From an uncultured Acidobacteriota bacterium (GTDB lineage Bacteria > Acidobacteriota > Thermoanaerobaculia > UBA5066 > Gp7-AA6), in contig CAVXTP010000014.1 in NCBI GenBank assembly GCA_963764715.1, forward strand, positions 1 through 64,000: a stretch of 64,000 nt of DNA, given 5' to 3'. Below are positions 38,634 to 48,497 of this stretch, piece by piece; within the stretch, counting starts at the first letter, position 1, and each line of letters begins with the position of its first letter. The position numbers and the translations under genes are program-made. The notes under the pieces were generated by a model, which did not search any database, was not told the origin of the DNA, and was given only the letters and a program-made list of their open reading frames with translations.

Positions 38634-40211
38634 TCAGTTGCTCGCCGACATCAGGGACTCCAGGGCGTTGTCGAGACTAAAGCTACCAGGCTTCTGGCTC
38701 GGGGGAAATTCCTTGAACGTGCTCAGGAACTGGCCCACGAACTGCTGGGCCGGCACGAGGACGAACGCGTGGTCGACCCGCCACTGCCCGTAATTGATGC
38801 TCTCGTGGTCCGCGGTCTCGAAGGGATCGGAGCGGAGGTTGAAAAGCTTGGGGAAGCGCAGGGCCACGAACGGGTCCTGCCAGACGTCCAGGCCGTGGGC
38901 CCGCTGCTCCGCGAAGACGATCTTCCACTGGTCATAGCGCAGGCCCACGAGCGAGCCATCGTCGTTGAAGTAGAAGAACTCGCGGCGAGGGCTGGGGGAC
39001 TTGCCGGCGAGCGCATCGGTGATGTTGTAACCGTCCAGATGAACCTTGAAGGTCTTGCCGCCGACGTTCATGCCCTTCTTCAGCTGCTCCTTGACGTCCG
39101 GCACGCCGGCCGCCGCGAGGAGGGTGGGCAGCATGTCTTCGTGCGAGAACACGTCGTTCAGGACCGTCCCGGGCTTGATCACCCCCGGCCACCGTATGGC
39201 GCAGGGGACCCGAAACCCGCCCTCCCAGTTGGTGGCCTTCTCGTTGCGGAAAGGAGACGTGCCGCCGTCGGGCCAGGAGAACTTCTCCGCGCCGTTGTCG
39301 GTGGAGTACATGACGATCGTGTTGTCCTCCAGGCCGAGCTCCTTGAGCTTGTCCAGCAGGAGGCCCACGTCGGCGTCGTGCTCGAGCATGCCATCGGGAT
39401 ACACTCCGAGACCGGTCTTGCCCTGCCACTTGGGCGAGAGGTGCGTCCAGATGTGCATGCGCGTCGCGTTCCACCACAGGAAGAACGGCTTGTTCTCCTT
39501 CTTGGACTCGTCCATGAAGCGGAGCGCTTCCCTGGTGAACTCGTCATCCACCGTTTCCATGCGCTTGATGTTGAGAGCTCCGGTGAGCTCGATCTTCTGC
39601 GAGCCGTCCGGGTTCGCCCAGGTATGCAGGACTCCGCGCGTCGCAAATTTCTTTCGCATTTCGGGGTTCTTGAAGTAGTCCGGGTGCTCGGGCTCCTGCT
39701 CGGCATTCAGGTGGTAGAGCGAGCCGTAGAACTCGGCGAAACCGTGCGCGGTCGGTAGGTGCTCGTCGCGATCGCCGAGGTGATTCTTGCCGAACTGACC
39801 GGTCTTGTAGCCTTGAGCCTTGAGCAGCTCGGCGATCGTCACGTCCCGGGCCTGAAGCCCTTCCTTGGCCCCGGGCAGCCCCACCTTGAGGAGGCCGGTC
39901 CGGAAGGGCGATTGCCCGGTGATGAAGGCGGCGCGGCCGGCGGTGCAGCTCTGCTGGCCGTACCAGTCGGTGAACATCGCCCCTTCCTTCGCGATGCGGT
40001 CGATGTTGGGGGTGCGGTACCCCATCTCTCCCTGGTTGTAGGCGCTGAGGTTGTACCAGCCGATGTCGTCTCCCCAGAGAATCAGGATGTTGGGCTTCTT
40101 GCCGGCGGTCTGGGCGCGCGCGGCAACCGATCCGAGGACGAACAGGACGGCGGCGACGGCCACGCGCCGCAGGAGACTCATCGAACGGGACGGGAACCTC
40201 CAGATCATCAC
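38634..40211 (-). CDS. Arylsulfatase 1 (Cys-type, exported)
   Basis: KKPNIL..WGDDIG, SCTAGRAAFITG (CxAxR), GKNHLGD, STDNG and EKATNWEGGFRVP. Confidence 0.95.
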   Translation of the reverse strand: MMIWRFPSRSMSLLRRVAVAAVLFVLGSVAARAQTAGKKPNILILWGDDIGWYNLSAYNQGEMGYRTPNIDRIAKEGAMFTDWYGQQSCTAGRAAFITGQSPFRTGLLKVGLPGAKEGLQARDVTIAELLKAQGYKTGQFGKNHLGDRDEHLPTAHGFAEFYGSLYHLNAEQEPEHPDYFKNPEMRKKFATRGVLHTWANPDGSQKIELTGALNIKRMETVDDEFTREALRFMDESKKENKPFFLWWNATRMHIWTHLSPKWQGKTGLGVYPDGMLEHDADVGLLLDKLKELGLEDNTIVMYSTDNGAEKFSWPDGGTSPFRNEKATNWEGGFRVPCAIRWPGVIKPGTVLNDVFSHEDMLPTLLAAAGVPDVKEQLKKGMNVGGKTFKVHLDGYNITDALAGKSPSPRREFFYFNDDGSLVGLRYDQWKIVFAEQRAHGLDVWQDPFVALRFPKLFNLRSDPFETADHESINYGQWRVDHAFVLVPAQQFVGQFLSTFKEFPPSQKPGSFSLDNALESLMSASN

Positions 40212-40308
40212 TCCTCCTTTCCGGGTTTCCTGACTTCCCGACAGGCTATGTCATTGCAAGGTCACGAGGAAACTTCGAACTTCGAGCCGCCGCCGCGGCT
40301 CCGACGGT

Positions 40309-42684
40309 TCAGCGCGGCGGCGCCGGCCCCTGCAGCTCTTCGAGAAGCCGCGCCGCCTCCGCGCTCTCCGGAGCGATCGCGACGAGCGCCCTGGCATATT
40401 CGATGGCTCCGCGCCGGTCGCCGGCCCGGAGCGAAAACGATGCCAGAGCCTCGAGGATCTCGCGGTTGGCGGGATGGCGCGCGTGGGCCGCGGCGAGGAC
40501 GGCGATCGCCTTCGGCGTCTGGCCCACCGAATCGAGCGCCACGCCGTAGACGTAGTCGTAGCGGACCCGCTCCGGCGGAAGCTCGGCGGCCTTCCGGAGC
40601 TCCACGAGGGCTTCCGGCATCCGCCTCGCCCGAACGAGGGCCAGGCCGAGCGCGTGGTGCACGCCAGGATCGTTGGGCGCCGCGGCGATGCCCCCGCGCA
40701 ACGTCTTTTCGGCCTCGTCTTCCCGCCCCTGCGCCCGGTAGAGATCCGCGAGGTTCGCCCAGGCTCCGCCGAATGCCGGCGTCAGCGCGATCGCCCTCCG
40801 ATATTCCGCCTCCGCCCGCGCCGGGTCGCCCTGCGCCACCGCGAGGGAACCGAGGTTCAGATGCGCCTCCGCCCGGTCGGCGTCCACGCCCTGGGACTGC
40901 ACGTACTCGGCGAGCGCGGCATCGAACGCCGCCCGTTCGGACGCGGTCATCCCTTCCCGCGGCACCGAGGCCAGCCCCTGGGCGGCCTCGATGCGGACCG
41001 TCCGGACGGGGTCGCGCAGGAGCGGCGAGACCAGGCGAAGCCGCTCGCTCGGCTCGAGCGCGCCCGCGGCCGCGAGGGCCCCGTTCCGGACGAGGGGGTC
41101 CGGGTCCGCCAGCGCCCGCGCGAGGGCCGCGCGCGGCGCCGGAGCGCGGGGGTCGAGCATCGAGGCGGCGGTCGCGCGGCGGATGGCCGGCCGGGCCGCG
41201 TCGCCGACGAAAGCGGCGAGGGCCGCCTGGGCGCCCACGAGCTCCTCGCGCCCGGCGCGCGCGATCTCCCCGTAGTGGGTCTCCTGCCGCACCCGGTCGC
41301 CCCACCACTTCTTCGCCGCGTCGGCGGCCCATTGGTCCGACTTGTCCCGGTGGCACTGCGTGCATGCGTTCGGCGTCCCGAGAGTGAGCGAGAGGTCGGG
41401 CCTCGGGATCCGCAGGCTGTGATCGCGGCGGGCGTGGACGACCATGTAGTTGCGGGTCGGCATGTGGCAGGCCACGCAGCTCGCGCCCGTCGAATTCGCC
41501 TTGTGGAAGTGGTGCTTCGGCGATTCGAACTTCTCGGTCAGGTGGCAGGCCAGGCAGACGCGGTCCGCCGAGCCCTTCACCTTGAGGTCGTGGGCGTCGT
41601 GGCAGTCCGTGCAGGTCACGCCCCCGGCGTACATCTTGCTCTGGAGAAACGAGCCGTACTCGTAGACCTCGTCCTGGATCTGGCCGTCGGCGAAGTAGAG
41701 ACTCTCCTCGAGGAGCGCCGGCCGGTGCGTCTGCAGGATGGGCTCGCCCCAGACGTAGTCCTCCGACACGACCGACCGGCGGGAGTGGCACCGCGCGCAG
41801 GTCTCGACCTCCACGCGCGAAGTCCGGGGGGCGCTCCGCTTCGCGATCCCGGTCTTCATGTCCATGTCCCAGGAGGCCCGGACGGGGTCCTGGAGCGTCA
41901 CGGCCATTCCCTTGTCGGCCGCGTCCTTTCGCGCCCTCCCGGCCTTCACCGCCTCGGCCCAGGCCACGTGGGCGGACCCGGGCCCGTGGCAGGCTTCGCA
42001 GGAGACGTCGAGCTCCGACCAGGTCGTCGCGTAGGAGTTGGTCGCCGCGGAATAGCCCTTCTTCACGTTGGTCGAGTGGCACTCGGAGCACATGAAGTTC
42101 CAGTTCTGGTACGCGCCCGTCCAGTGGAGGGGGTCCCGAAAGGAGACCTCCTCCTTCGGGTAGAGGTGGAACCAGCGCTGGCCCCCCTCCTTCGCCGGCC
42201 GCGCGTCCCAGCAGACGTTCAGCGCCTGGTACCGGCCGCCCGGAAACGCGATGAGGTACTGCTGGAGCGGGTAGACGCCGAAGGTGTAGGCAATCGGGTA
42301 TTCGTGGAGCTTTCCGTCGGGGCCGTCGGTTCGAACGAAGAACTTTCCGTCCCGCTTGAAAAACGTCGACGTCACGCCGAAGTGCGTGAACGAGGCGTGG
42401 TCGAAGTTGCCGAGGACGGTCTCCGGGGTCGCCTCCTCCATCGCGCGGTCGTGGTGCGACCCTTTCCACCGCGCGTCCTCCGCGGCGTGGCAGGGCGCGC
42501 AGGCCTGGCGCCCGACGAAGGTCGCTCCCTGCGACCGCGGGGCCGCGGGCGTCGGCCGGGCGGAGGCCGCGGGCGTCTCGCCCCGGCCCCGGCACGCGAG
42601 GATCGCGGCAACGAGCGTGATCGCCGGGAAGAGGGCCCCGAACCTGCGCCCCGGCCGGTTCCGGAGCGGCGTGGCGGGCTTCAC
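40309..42684 (-). CDS. Octaheme c-type cytochrome lipoprotein with HEAT and TPR repeats
   Basis: Lipobox ILAC; eight CxxCH (CAPCH, CSECH, CEACH, CARCH, CTDCH, CLACH, CVACH, CTQCH); HEAT (DPDPLVR, DPVRTVR) and TPR C-terminus. Confidence 0.92.
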   Translation of the reverse strand: MKPATPLRNRPGRRFGALFPAITLVAAILACRGRGETPAASARPTPAAPRSQGATFVGRQACAPCHAAEDARWKGSHHDRAMEEATPETVLGNFDHASFTHFGVTSTFFKRDGKFFVRTDGPDGKLHEYPIAYTFGVYPLQQYLIAFPGGRYQALNVCWDARPAKEGGQRWFHLYPKEEVSFRDPLHWTGAYQNWNFMCSECHSTNVKKGYSAATNSYATTWSELDVSCEACHGPGSAHVAWAEAVKAGRARKDAADKGMAVTLQDPVRASWDMDMKTGIAKRSAPRTSRVEVETCARCHSRRSVVSEDYVWGEPILQTHRPALLEESLYFADGQIQDEVYEYGSFLQSKMYAGGVTCTDCHDAHDLKVKGSADRVCLACHLTEKFESPKHHFHKANSTGASCVACHMPTRNYMVVHARRDHSLRIPRPDLSLTLGTPNACTQCHRDKSDQWAADAAKKWWGDRVRQETHYGEIARAGREELVGAQAALAAFVGDAARPAIRRATAASMLDPRAPAPRAALARALADPDPLVRNGALAAAGALEPSERLRLVSPLLRDPVRTVRIEAAQGLASVPREGMTASERAAFDAALAEYVQSQGVDADRAEAHLNLGSLAVAQGDPARAEAEYRRAIALTPAFGGAWANLADLYRAQGREDEAEKTLRGGIAAAPNDPGVHHALGLALVRARRMPEALVELRKAAELPPERVRYDYVYGVALDSVGQTPKAIAVLAAAHARHPANREILEALASFSLRAGDRRGAIEYARALVAIAPESAEAARLLEELQGPAPPR

Positions 42685-44129
42685 GACCCCGAGGCCTGCG
42701 ATTCGGGCGCGCGCTCGTAACGGCGCGCGAGCGCGCGATAGGCGAGCCGGGCCGGCACGGAGCCCGCCAGGAGGACGACGATCAGGATCAATCCGCGCCA
42801 GAAGGCGTGGTCGACGACCCGCTTCAGGTCGTCGCCCGTCTGCTGCCCGATCTTCGCGAGCGCCGGAGCGGTCTCGTTCGCCGAGCGCAGGAGCGTGTTG
42901 AGGTCGCGGGCCATTCCTCCGACGTCCGTGGCCGCCTTTCCAAAGTCGAGCGGGTCAAAGGGCTTCCCAGCGGGCTTTGGAGGCGCGTTGGGGTCGGGCG
43001 GCGGCGAGACGTAGTGCACGAAGGCGTCGAGGGACTGGATCGTCCCCGTCAACGACTTCCCCATTTCTCCCCCGGCGTTCATCGTCTCGCGGAGCTGGCC
43101 GAGCAGCGTCTGGATCGTGGCCTCCTTGGCATCGAGCTCGGCCAGGATGGCCTGGCGCTCGGCCGCGACGCCCGCGAAGAGCTGGTCGATCGCCGCCTTG
43201 CGCTGCTCGTCCACGAGCACGGGCAGCCCCTCGGCGGTCTTCGAGATCGATTCGATCGACCGGGAGGCGCGGCCGAGGTCGGACACGACCTGCTGCGGCG
43301 CCGGTTGCTGCTGCACCTGCAGGGCGAGGAGCTCGGCCTGCCAGCGCATGAGGGTCGGCGCCCGCTCGGCGTAGGCGACGACCCGCTCGGCGAGCTCCCG
43401 GCTCTGCTCGATCGCGACGGTCGTCGGCGAGAGGCCGGCGAACGGATCGAGGTAGAGCATGCTGAAGATGCTGGCGGGCTTCTTCCCTCCGCTGGCCGCC
43501 TGGGCCTTTCCGAGGCTGACCGCGAACTCGCGAAACCGCGCGCCCGAGACGTCGCGCTCGGTCGGGTTCTGCTTGCGCCACTCGACGATCAGGGTGCGCA
43601 GCTCCTCGGCCTGCTCGGGCGACAGCAGGACGCCGGCGAGCGTCCAGGCGCTCTTTTCGAGCGCTATGTGCGTGGAGATCAGGGGCTCGACCGCCTCGCC
43701 GAACTCCTCCCGCGCCTTGGCGTCGTCGATCACGAGTCGCGAGACGGTGGCGAGGACGGTCAGATCGAGCGTGTTCCAGACCGGGTTCTCCCCCGTCGCG
43801 TCCGCGTAGGCTGCCGTGGCCTGGTCGATCTTCCACTTCAGCGCGGCGACGTCGCCTTCCCGCGTTCGCAGAGCCTTCGCGGCCGCGTCGGCCGCGTGCG
43901 CAACCGAGTTGACGTAGTCGTCCGCGAAACGCAGCACCTCCGTCTGGAGCGTGTTGATCGAGAGACCGCTCTCATTGAGGCGCTTTTCGACCGGCGGTGG
44001 TTTGCGGAAGACGGAAGACAGGGTCGTGCAACCGCCAGCGAGGAGAAGCAGGGTCGCCGCGGCCGCGCCGGCGAGGGTGCCGGCCCGACGGGCCTCGCGC
44101 GGCATCGTTCCTTGCGTGAGCTTCCTCAT
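42681..44129 (-). CDS. Hypothetical lipoprotein with coiled-coil body and C-terminal TM
   Basis: Lipobox LAGGC; long helical region; C-terminal TM GLILIVVLLAG; stop overlaps the cytochrome start. Confidence 0.8.
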   Translation of the reverse strand: MRKLTQGTMPREARRAGTLAGAAAATLLLLAGGCTTLSSVFRKPPPVEKRLNESGLSINTLQTEVLRFADDYVNSVAHAADAAAKALRTREGDVAALKWKIDQATAAYADATGENPVWNTLDLTVLATVSRLVIDDAKAREEFGEAVEPLISTHIALEKSAWTLAGVLLSPEQAEELRTLIVEWRKQNPTERDVSGARFREFAVSLGKAQAASGGKKPASIFSMLYLDPFAGLSPTTVAIEQSRELAERVVAYAERAPTLMRWQAELLALQVQQQPAPQQVVSDLGRASRSIESISKTAEGLPVLVDEQRKAAIDQLFAGVAAERQAILAELDAKEATIQTLLGQLRETMNAGGEMGKSLTGTIQSLDAFVHYVSPPPDPNAPPKPAGKPFDPLDFGKAATDVGGMARDLNTLLRSANETAPALAKIGQQTGDDLKRVVDHAFWRGLILIVVLLAGSVPARLAYRALARRYERAPESQASGS

Positions 44130-44219
44130 GGATTTCGGCGCCCATGATAACTGCGCGGCGAGTCTTGCCCGAAGCGTCTTGGAAGGGGACTGCGTTCGGA
44201 ACTTCCGGGCGCGGGCTTC

Positions 44220-45065
44220 TTACTCAAAGAGCGTGCCCTGGATGAGTTTGGGCAGCACGGGCGTCAGCTGGATCTGGATGTTCCACCTCTGGCCGACGGG
44301 TTCGGGCTGCGTGACCATGTACTGGCCAGCCAGCGAGACCTTGACCGGCAGCCGGCCGAACTTCACGACCTTCCCGGCGCCGATGCCGATCGGAACGGTC
44401 CATCGATTGTCCGACGGCGCCTTCCAGTCCACGAGGATGTTGCCCGAGTAGCCGACGTTCCAGCCGCCCTCGAAGAAGAAGTTGATGATCGGCTGGATAT
44501 TCATCTGGCTCGTGTCCGGCCGATTCTCGTCGCCCGCGTAGGACCACCACTGCTGCGGAAAGACTCCGAGCATGTACTTCTTCGTCATGTAGGCGACGAC
44601 GAGCGCCGGGCCGACCTGAAATTTCCCCTGGCCCGTGTAGACGGAACCTGCCGTCGGAAAGATGAACGTGGGCCCGACGCCCAGGAGCCACTCGCCGCTG
44701 TGCGCGGGCGAGAAGAGCTCGAGCTGCGTCCAGTCGCCGAAGTTCGTCGTGCGCTGCTCCACTCCATTGCTGTCGGTGTACGGCGCACTGTTGTAGACCT
44801 GGATGACGGGACGGGTGATCAGGTTGATGTCCTTCGTCAGGCTGACCGGCATGACCGGCTGGAAGTTCAGATTGTTGTTCCAGCGGTCGTTCGTCAGCTC
44901 GAAGTTGTTGAACTGGAACTGCAGCGACCAGAGGTTGGCGACCGGGTTGGCCAGCTCCTGGGCCAGCTTGTTGGCGTCCGCCGGCTTATCCTCGTCCTGG
45001 GCCATCGCCGCGCCGGAAACGAGCAGAATCGAGAGACAGAGCAGAATCCTCTTCGCGTTTTTCAT
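44220..45065 (-). CDS. Exported probable outer-membrane channel/transporter
   Basis: Signal peptide; LAQELANPVANL, FQPVMP, GVGPTFIFPTA and WTVPIG; amphipathic strands. Confidence 0.7.
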   Translation of the reverse strand: MKNAKRILLCLSILLVSGAAMAQDEDKPADANKLAQELANPVANLWSLQFQFNNFELTNDRWNNNLNFQPVMPVSLTKDINLITRPVIQVYNSAPYTDSNGVEQRTTNFGDWTQLELFSPAHSGEWLLGVGPTFIFPTAGSVYTGQGKFQVGPALVVAYMTKKYMLGVFPQQWWSYAGDENRPDTSQMNIQPIINFFFEGGWNVGYSGNILVDWKAPSDNRWTVPIGIGAGKVVKFGRLPVKVSLAGQYMVTQPEPVGQRWNIQIQLTPVLPKLIQGTLFE

Positions 45066-45078
45066 GGTCCCTCCTGTT

Positions 45079-46323
45079 TCAGAGTTGGAACTGAAGGCGG
45101 AGCTGGTAGAAGTCGGTGCGTCCCACGATCCCGCCGCGCTCGAGCCGCCCGTATCCGTAGTTGAACTCGAAGCGCCACTGCTCCGTCGGGCGCCAGAACA
45201 GGCCGCCGCTCCACCGCTCGAACTCGCCTCCGTCGAGAGTGCCGCTCGTCAGGTCGATGCGCGAGTATCGGGCGGCGAGCTCCCAGGCTCCGCGGCCGCC
45301 GTGCCTGAAGGAAAAGGGCTGCGCGGGACGGATCGCGCCGAAGGCTCCGAGCTGGCGATCGTACGGACGACTCTCGCCGGTCAGGCACCACGACGCCATG
45401 ACATAGAAACCCTGGAAGTGCGGGTCTCCCGTCTGCGGGGACGCGACGGCGGTCCAGGTGGACTCCGCCGAGACCTCGACGGGCCCTTCGACCATCGCCA
45501 GCTCGGCGCCGACGGAGGAGCCATGATCGGCCGGGAACGAGCCCGTGTCGACGAAGTCGGGGGCCTCGTAGACCTCGGGCACGCTCCGGAGCTTGAAGTT
45601 CCCGTCCTGCGCCTGGCGGTAGACCCCGGAGACGCCGAGATGGAGGAGCCGGCGGCCGCCATTCGCGACGATCGGCAGGCCGCTGATGCGTCCGGCGAAA
45701 ACGCTTCCGCTCTGGGAGAACGAGAGGTCGTCGTCCAGCCAGTTGTTGAACCAGCCCGCGGACCAGGTCATGCGCTCGCCGGCAGCCGTGCCGGAAAACC
45801 GCACCCCGGCGATGTGCGAGTCGACGAACGCCATCGCCGTGGTCATCGTGGACCGTTCCATGAAAGCGAGATCCCGGCCGTTCTCGATCAATTCCAGCCC
45901 GAGTCCTTCCTTCTGCTTGCCGATCGTCACCCACGCGGCGTCGCCGAGCGGCACCGAGACGTACAGATAGGTGCTCGTCCACCCGCTGGCGTCGGTCGGA
46001 TCGAGACCCTTGTAGTTGCCGCCGATCCGATATGTCCAGGGCTTCGCGAACTTGATCCGGCCCTCGAGCTGGAGGCCGTCGACGCGGAAGAGCTGCTCGT
46101 TGTTCAAGTCGCCGACCTGTTCCCGGCTCTCCGCGTCCTGGGAATAGAAGGCGCCGTCCTCCATGCCGGCGAAGTGGAACCGGGCCGAGATCCACGACGT
46201 GTCGAGCTCGTACCAGGCCCTCCGGGGGTTCTCCTGTGCCGTCACCGCCGTCGCCAGGCAGACGCCGAGGCTCGAAAAGAGGATCCCGCTCCTTCCACTC
46301 CTTCGCCGCCAGCGCTTCGGCAC
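45079..46323 (-). CDS. OprO/OprP-like anion-selective porin
   Basis: GKQKEGLGLE, FMERS, LLHLG, GFYVMASWCLTGE, GAWELAARYS..DL; C-terminal RLQFQL. Confidence 0.85.
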   Translation of the reverse strand: MPKRWRRRSGRSGILFSSLGVCLATAVTAQENPRRAWYELDTSWISARFHFAGMEDGAFYSQDAESREQVGDLNNEQLFRVDGLQLEGRIKFAKPWTYRIGGNYKGLDPTDASGWTSTYLYVSVPLGDAAWVTIGKQKEGLGLELIENGRDLAFMERSTMTTAMAFVDSHIAGVRFSGTAAGERMTWSAGWFNNWLDDDLSFSQSGSVFAGRISGLPIVANGGRRLLHLGVSGVYRQAQDGNFKLRSVPEVYEAPDFVDTGSFPADHGSSVGAELAMVEGPVEVSAESTWTAVASPQTGDPHFQGFYVMASWCLTGESRPYDRQLGAFGAIRPAQPFSFRHGGRGAWELAARYSRIDLTSGTLDGGEFERWSGGLFWRPTEQWRFEFNYGYGRLERGGIVGRTDFYQLRLQFQL

Positions 46324-46341
46324 TTGCCGCGGCTCACTTCG

Positions 46342-47238
46342 TCAGAAGGTGACGGTGAGGTAAACGCGCGGACCGTAGTAGTGGTAGCTGAAGTCGACGA
46401 GCGTTTGGTTGTCCTCGTCTTCCTTCCTGATGTTGAACTTGGTGTAGTCGAACGCCGCTCCCACACCGAAATTGCGTGCAAAGAACCAGTCGAGATGCGC
46501 GTCAGCCTGGAAGATGGATCCCACGTACGGATGCACGGGCGCGAAGATGCCGTTGAAGAGCACTCCGGCGGAGACGCGATCACCCAACCGGGCATCGAAC
46601 AGCAGCCCGAGGAGGGGCACCGGCGTCGATATCTTCGCTTCCTTCGTCACGGTCTGTCCGACGATCGGCCCACCCGGCCCGACGACTCCCGCTGACGCGC
46701 TCAGCTTCGCCTCCAGGATCGGGTATGCGACGCCGAGCGTGAAGCCGAACTGCACCGCGTCGTTCTTGATCAGGTTGTATCGAAAGTCGAGGTACGGAAG
46801 GTGCGACTGCATGGACGTTTCCAGCGACGCGCCCGCGGTGTAGGTCACATCTCCGAACGGGATGTCGAAGGCAATCGAATCCGAGCTACTGCGATCGAAG
46901 CCGGTGTAACCGAAGTCGATGAAGAAGCGGCCGAAGGGATTCCAATAGCCGCGAGAGGAGAATCCGGGCCTCGACTTCGGCGCGCCGAGGTCCTCGAAGT
47001 TGATCCCGGCTCCGATGGGTCCTCCGGGAGTGAAGTCTTCCTGAAAGGTGACGTCCGTGCCGAACCAGGCGTACATTCCGCCGACGTTCAACCGGAAGGT
47101 GTCCGGCACGTCGCCGGGAAACTGCGCCTGAGCCCGGGAGGCGGCAAGAAGCAAGCACGCTGCGGCTGCGAGCAAGCGCAGCTTTCGAAGTGCGGTCTCC
47201 AGTCTCCTCGAAATCTGGTCTGTCGGTTGCATGGACAT
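46342..47238 (-). CDS. Outer-membrane beta-barrel protein
   Basis: Signal peptide, amphipathic strands, PVPLLG, C-terminal GPRVYLTVTF. Confidence 0.75.
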   Translation of the reverse strand: MSMQPTDQISRRLETALRKLRLLAAAACLLLAASRAQAQFPGDVPDTFRLNVGGMYAWFGTDVTFQEDFTPGGPIGAGINFEDLGAPKSRPGFSSRGYWNPFGRFFIDFGYTGFDRSSSDSIAFDIPFGDVTYTAGASLETSMQSHLPYLDFRYNLIKNDAVQFGFTLGVAYPILEAKLSASAGVVGPGGPIVGQTVTKEAKISTPVPLLGLLFDARLGDRVSAGVLFNGIFAPVHPYVGSIFQADAHLDWFFARNFGVGAAFDYTKFNIRKEDEDNQTLVDFSYHYYGPRVYLTVTF

Positions 47239-47300
47239 CTCCTATCCTGGCCTTCGTTCGAGCGCATTGATGATCGCGATTCTTCGCCGGCAGTCACACA

Positions 47301-48488
47301 CTACAGGAACACTTTGAAAATGAGATCGAAGATCTTCGTGGGCGGGAACATCGTCAGCACCAGCGGCGTCATGGGGACCAGGGCAGCCAGCGAGAGCGCG
47401 ACCGCGTCCCGCGGGTCGAACGGCACGGGTCTCATTCTGTAGAGGACGTCGGACGCGCCGGCGAGGTCCGCGAGCGAGGATATTTCCGGCGCGCCGAGCG
47501 GCACCTCGTCCTTCCCGTGGCCGCCCTGCACCCACTTCTCGTCGAAGAGCCGGTTGTGCAGGACGGCCAACGCGCTGTAGTCGTGCATGCTTTGGACCTT
47601 GGCACGGCTCAGCTGTCCCGAAAACATCGTCAACGGAAGGAGAAAGACGGAGAGCACGAGCACGACGTAACCCGCGATCGCGAATTTGAAACTGGGGAGG
47701 GGCACTCCGGCGTAGACGATCTCGTCGGCCAGGACACCGGCCGCCGTGAAGGCGAACGCCGAAACGATGATCCAGAAGTATCGCTGGGCGTCTCCGACGA
47801 AGCCGAGTCCCGCCGCGCGGTCGGGGTGGGTCGGAATCAGGCGAAGCTCAAGCCTCGACATGCGCCACAGAAAGCCGTACCAGATGAGGAGCCTCCAGAG
47901 CCAGCGCCACAGAAGGAACTCGAACAGCGCCACGCCGACGACCAGATACCACCAGCCGGCGAGGGTGCGCGTGTGGCCCGCGCTCGACACGAGCGATCGC
48001 CACGTCGAAAAGTCGAGAGGAAACTCGCGAAGCACGAGGACGGCGCTCAATCCCGCCAGGAGGAGAATCACCGTCTCCGCCAGCGTCGAGTCGCGCATGC
48101 GCTTCGCCCGTTCGATGGCCGCCGCGTATCTCGGGCGATCCGATTCCGAGATGAGCCCGGCCCGGTCGAAGTGAGCGGCCACGGTCGCGATCTGGCGCCC
48201 GATCAGCCCCTCGGCGACGATCAGCATGGGAATCGCGAGGAGAAACCTCGCATACGCCGCGTAGTCGTAGAGAAACGGGATCTTCACCCCGTCTCCGATG
48301 GCCAGTCCCTGGACCGCGGAGAGAACGAGGAGGACGAACCAGGTCAGGAGGATCGAGAGCAGGGCCCTCCGGGCGGGCCTGAGCGACCCCGTCCCGCCCC
48401 CCACCAGCCCGAATCGTTCCTGGAGCCGGTGCGCCGGCCCTCCCGCGACGAGGGAAAACCCATCGAATGTCGACGGCGGAGCCTTCAT
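47301..48488 (-). CDS. Polytopic membrane protein of unknown function
   Basis: Multiple TM segments; FSLVAGGP, RWLWRLLIW, PTHPDRAAGLGF and SSLADL. Confidence 0.8.
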   Translation of the reverse strand: MKAPPSTFDGFSLVAGGPAHRLQERFGLVGGGTGSLRPARRALLSILLTWFVLLVLSAVQGLAIGDGVKIPFLYDYAAYARFLLAIPMLIVAEGLIGRQIATVAAHFDRAGLISESDRPRYAAAIERAKRMRDSTLAETVILLLAGLSAVLVLREFPLDFSTWRSLVSSAGHTRTLAGWWYLVVGVALFEFLLWRWLWRLLIWYGFLWRMSRLELRLIPTHPDRAAGLGFVGDAQRYFWIIVSAFAFTAAGVLADEIVYAGVPLPSFKFAIAGYVVLVLSVFLLPLTMFSGQLSRAKVQSMHDYSALAVLHNRLFDEKWVQGGHGKDEVPLGAPEISSLADLAGASDVLYRMRPVPFDPRDAVALSLAALVPMTPLVLTMFPPTKIFDLIFKVFL

Positions 48489-48497
48489 TCCGGGCTT

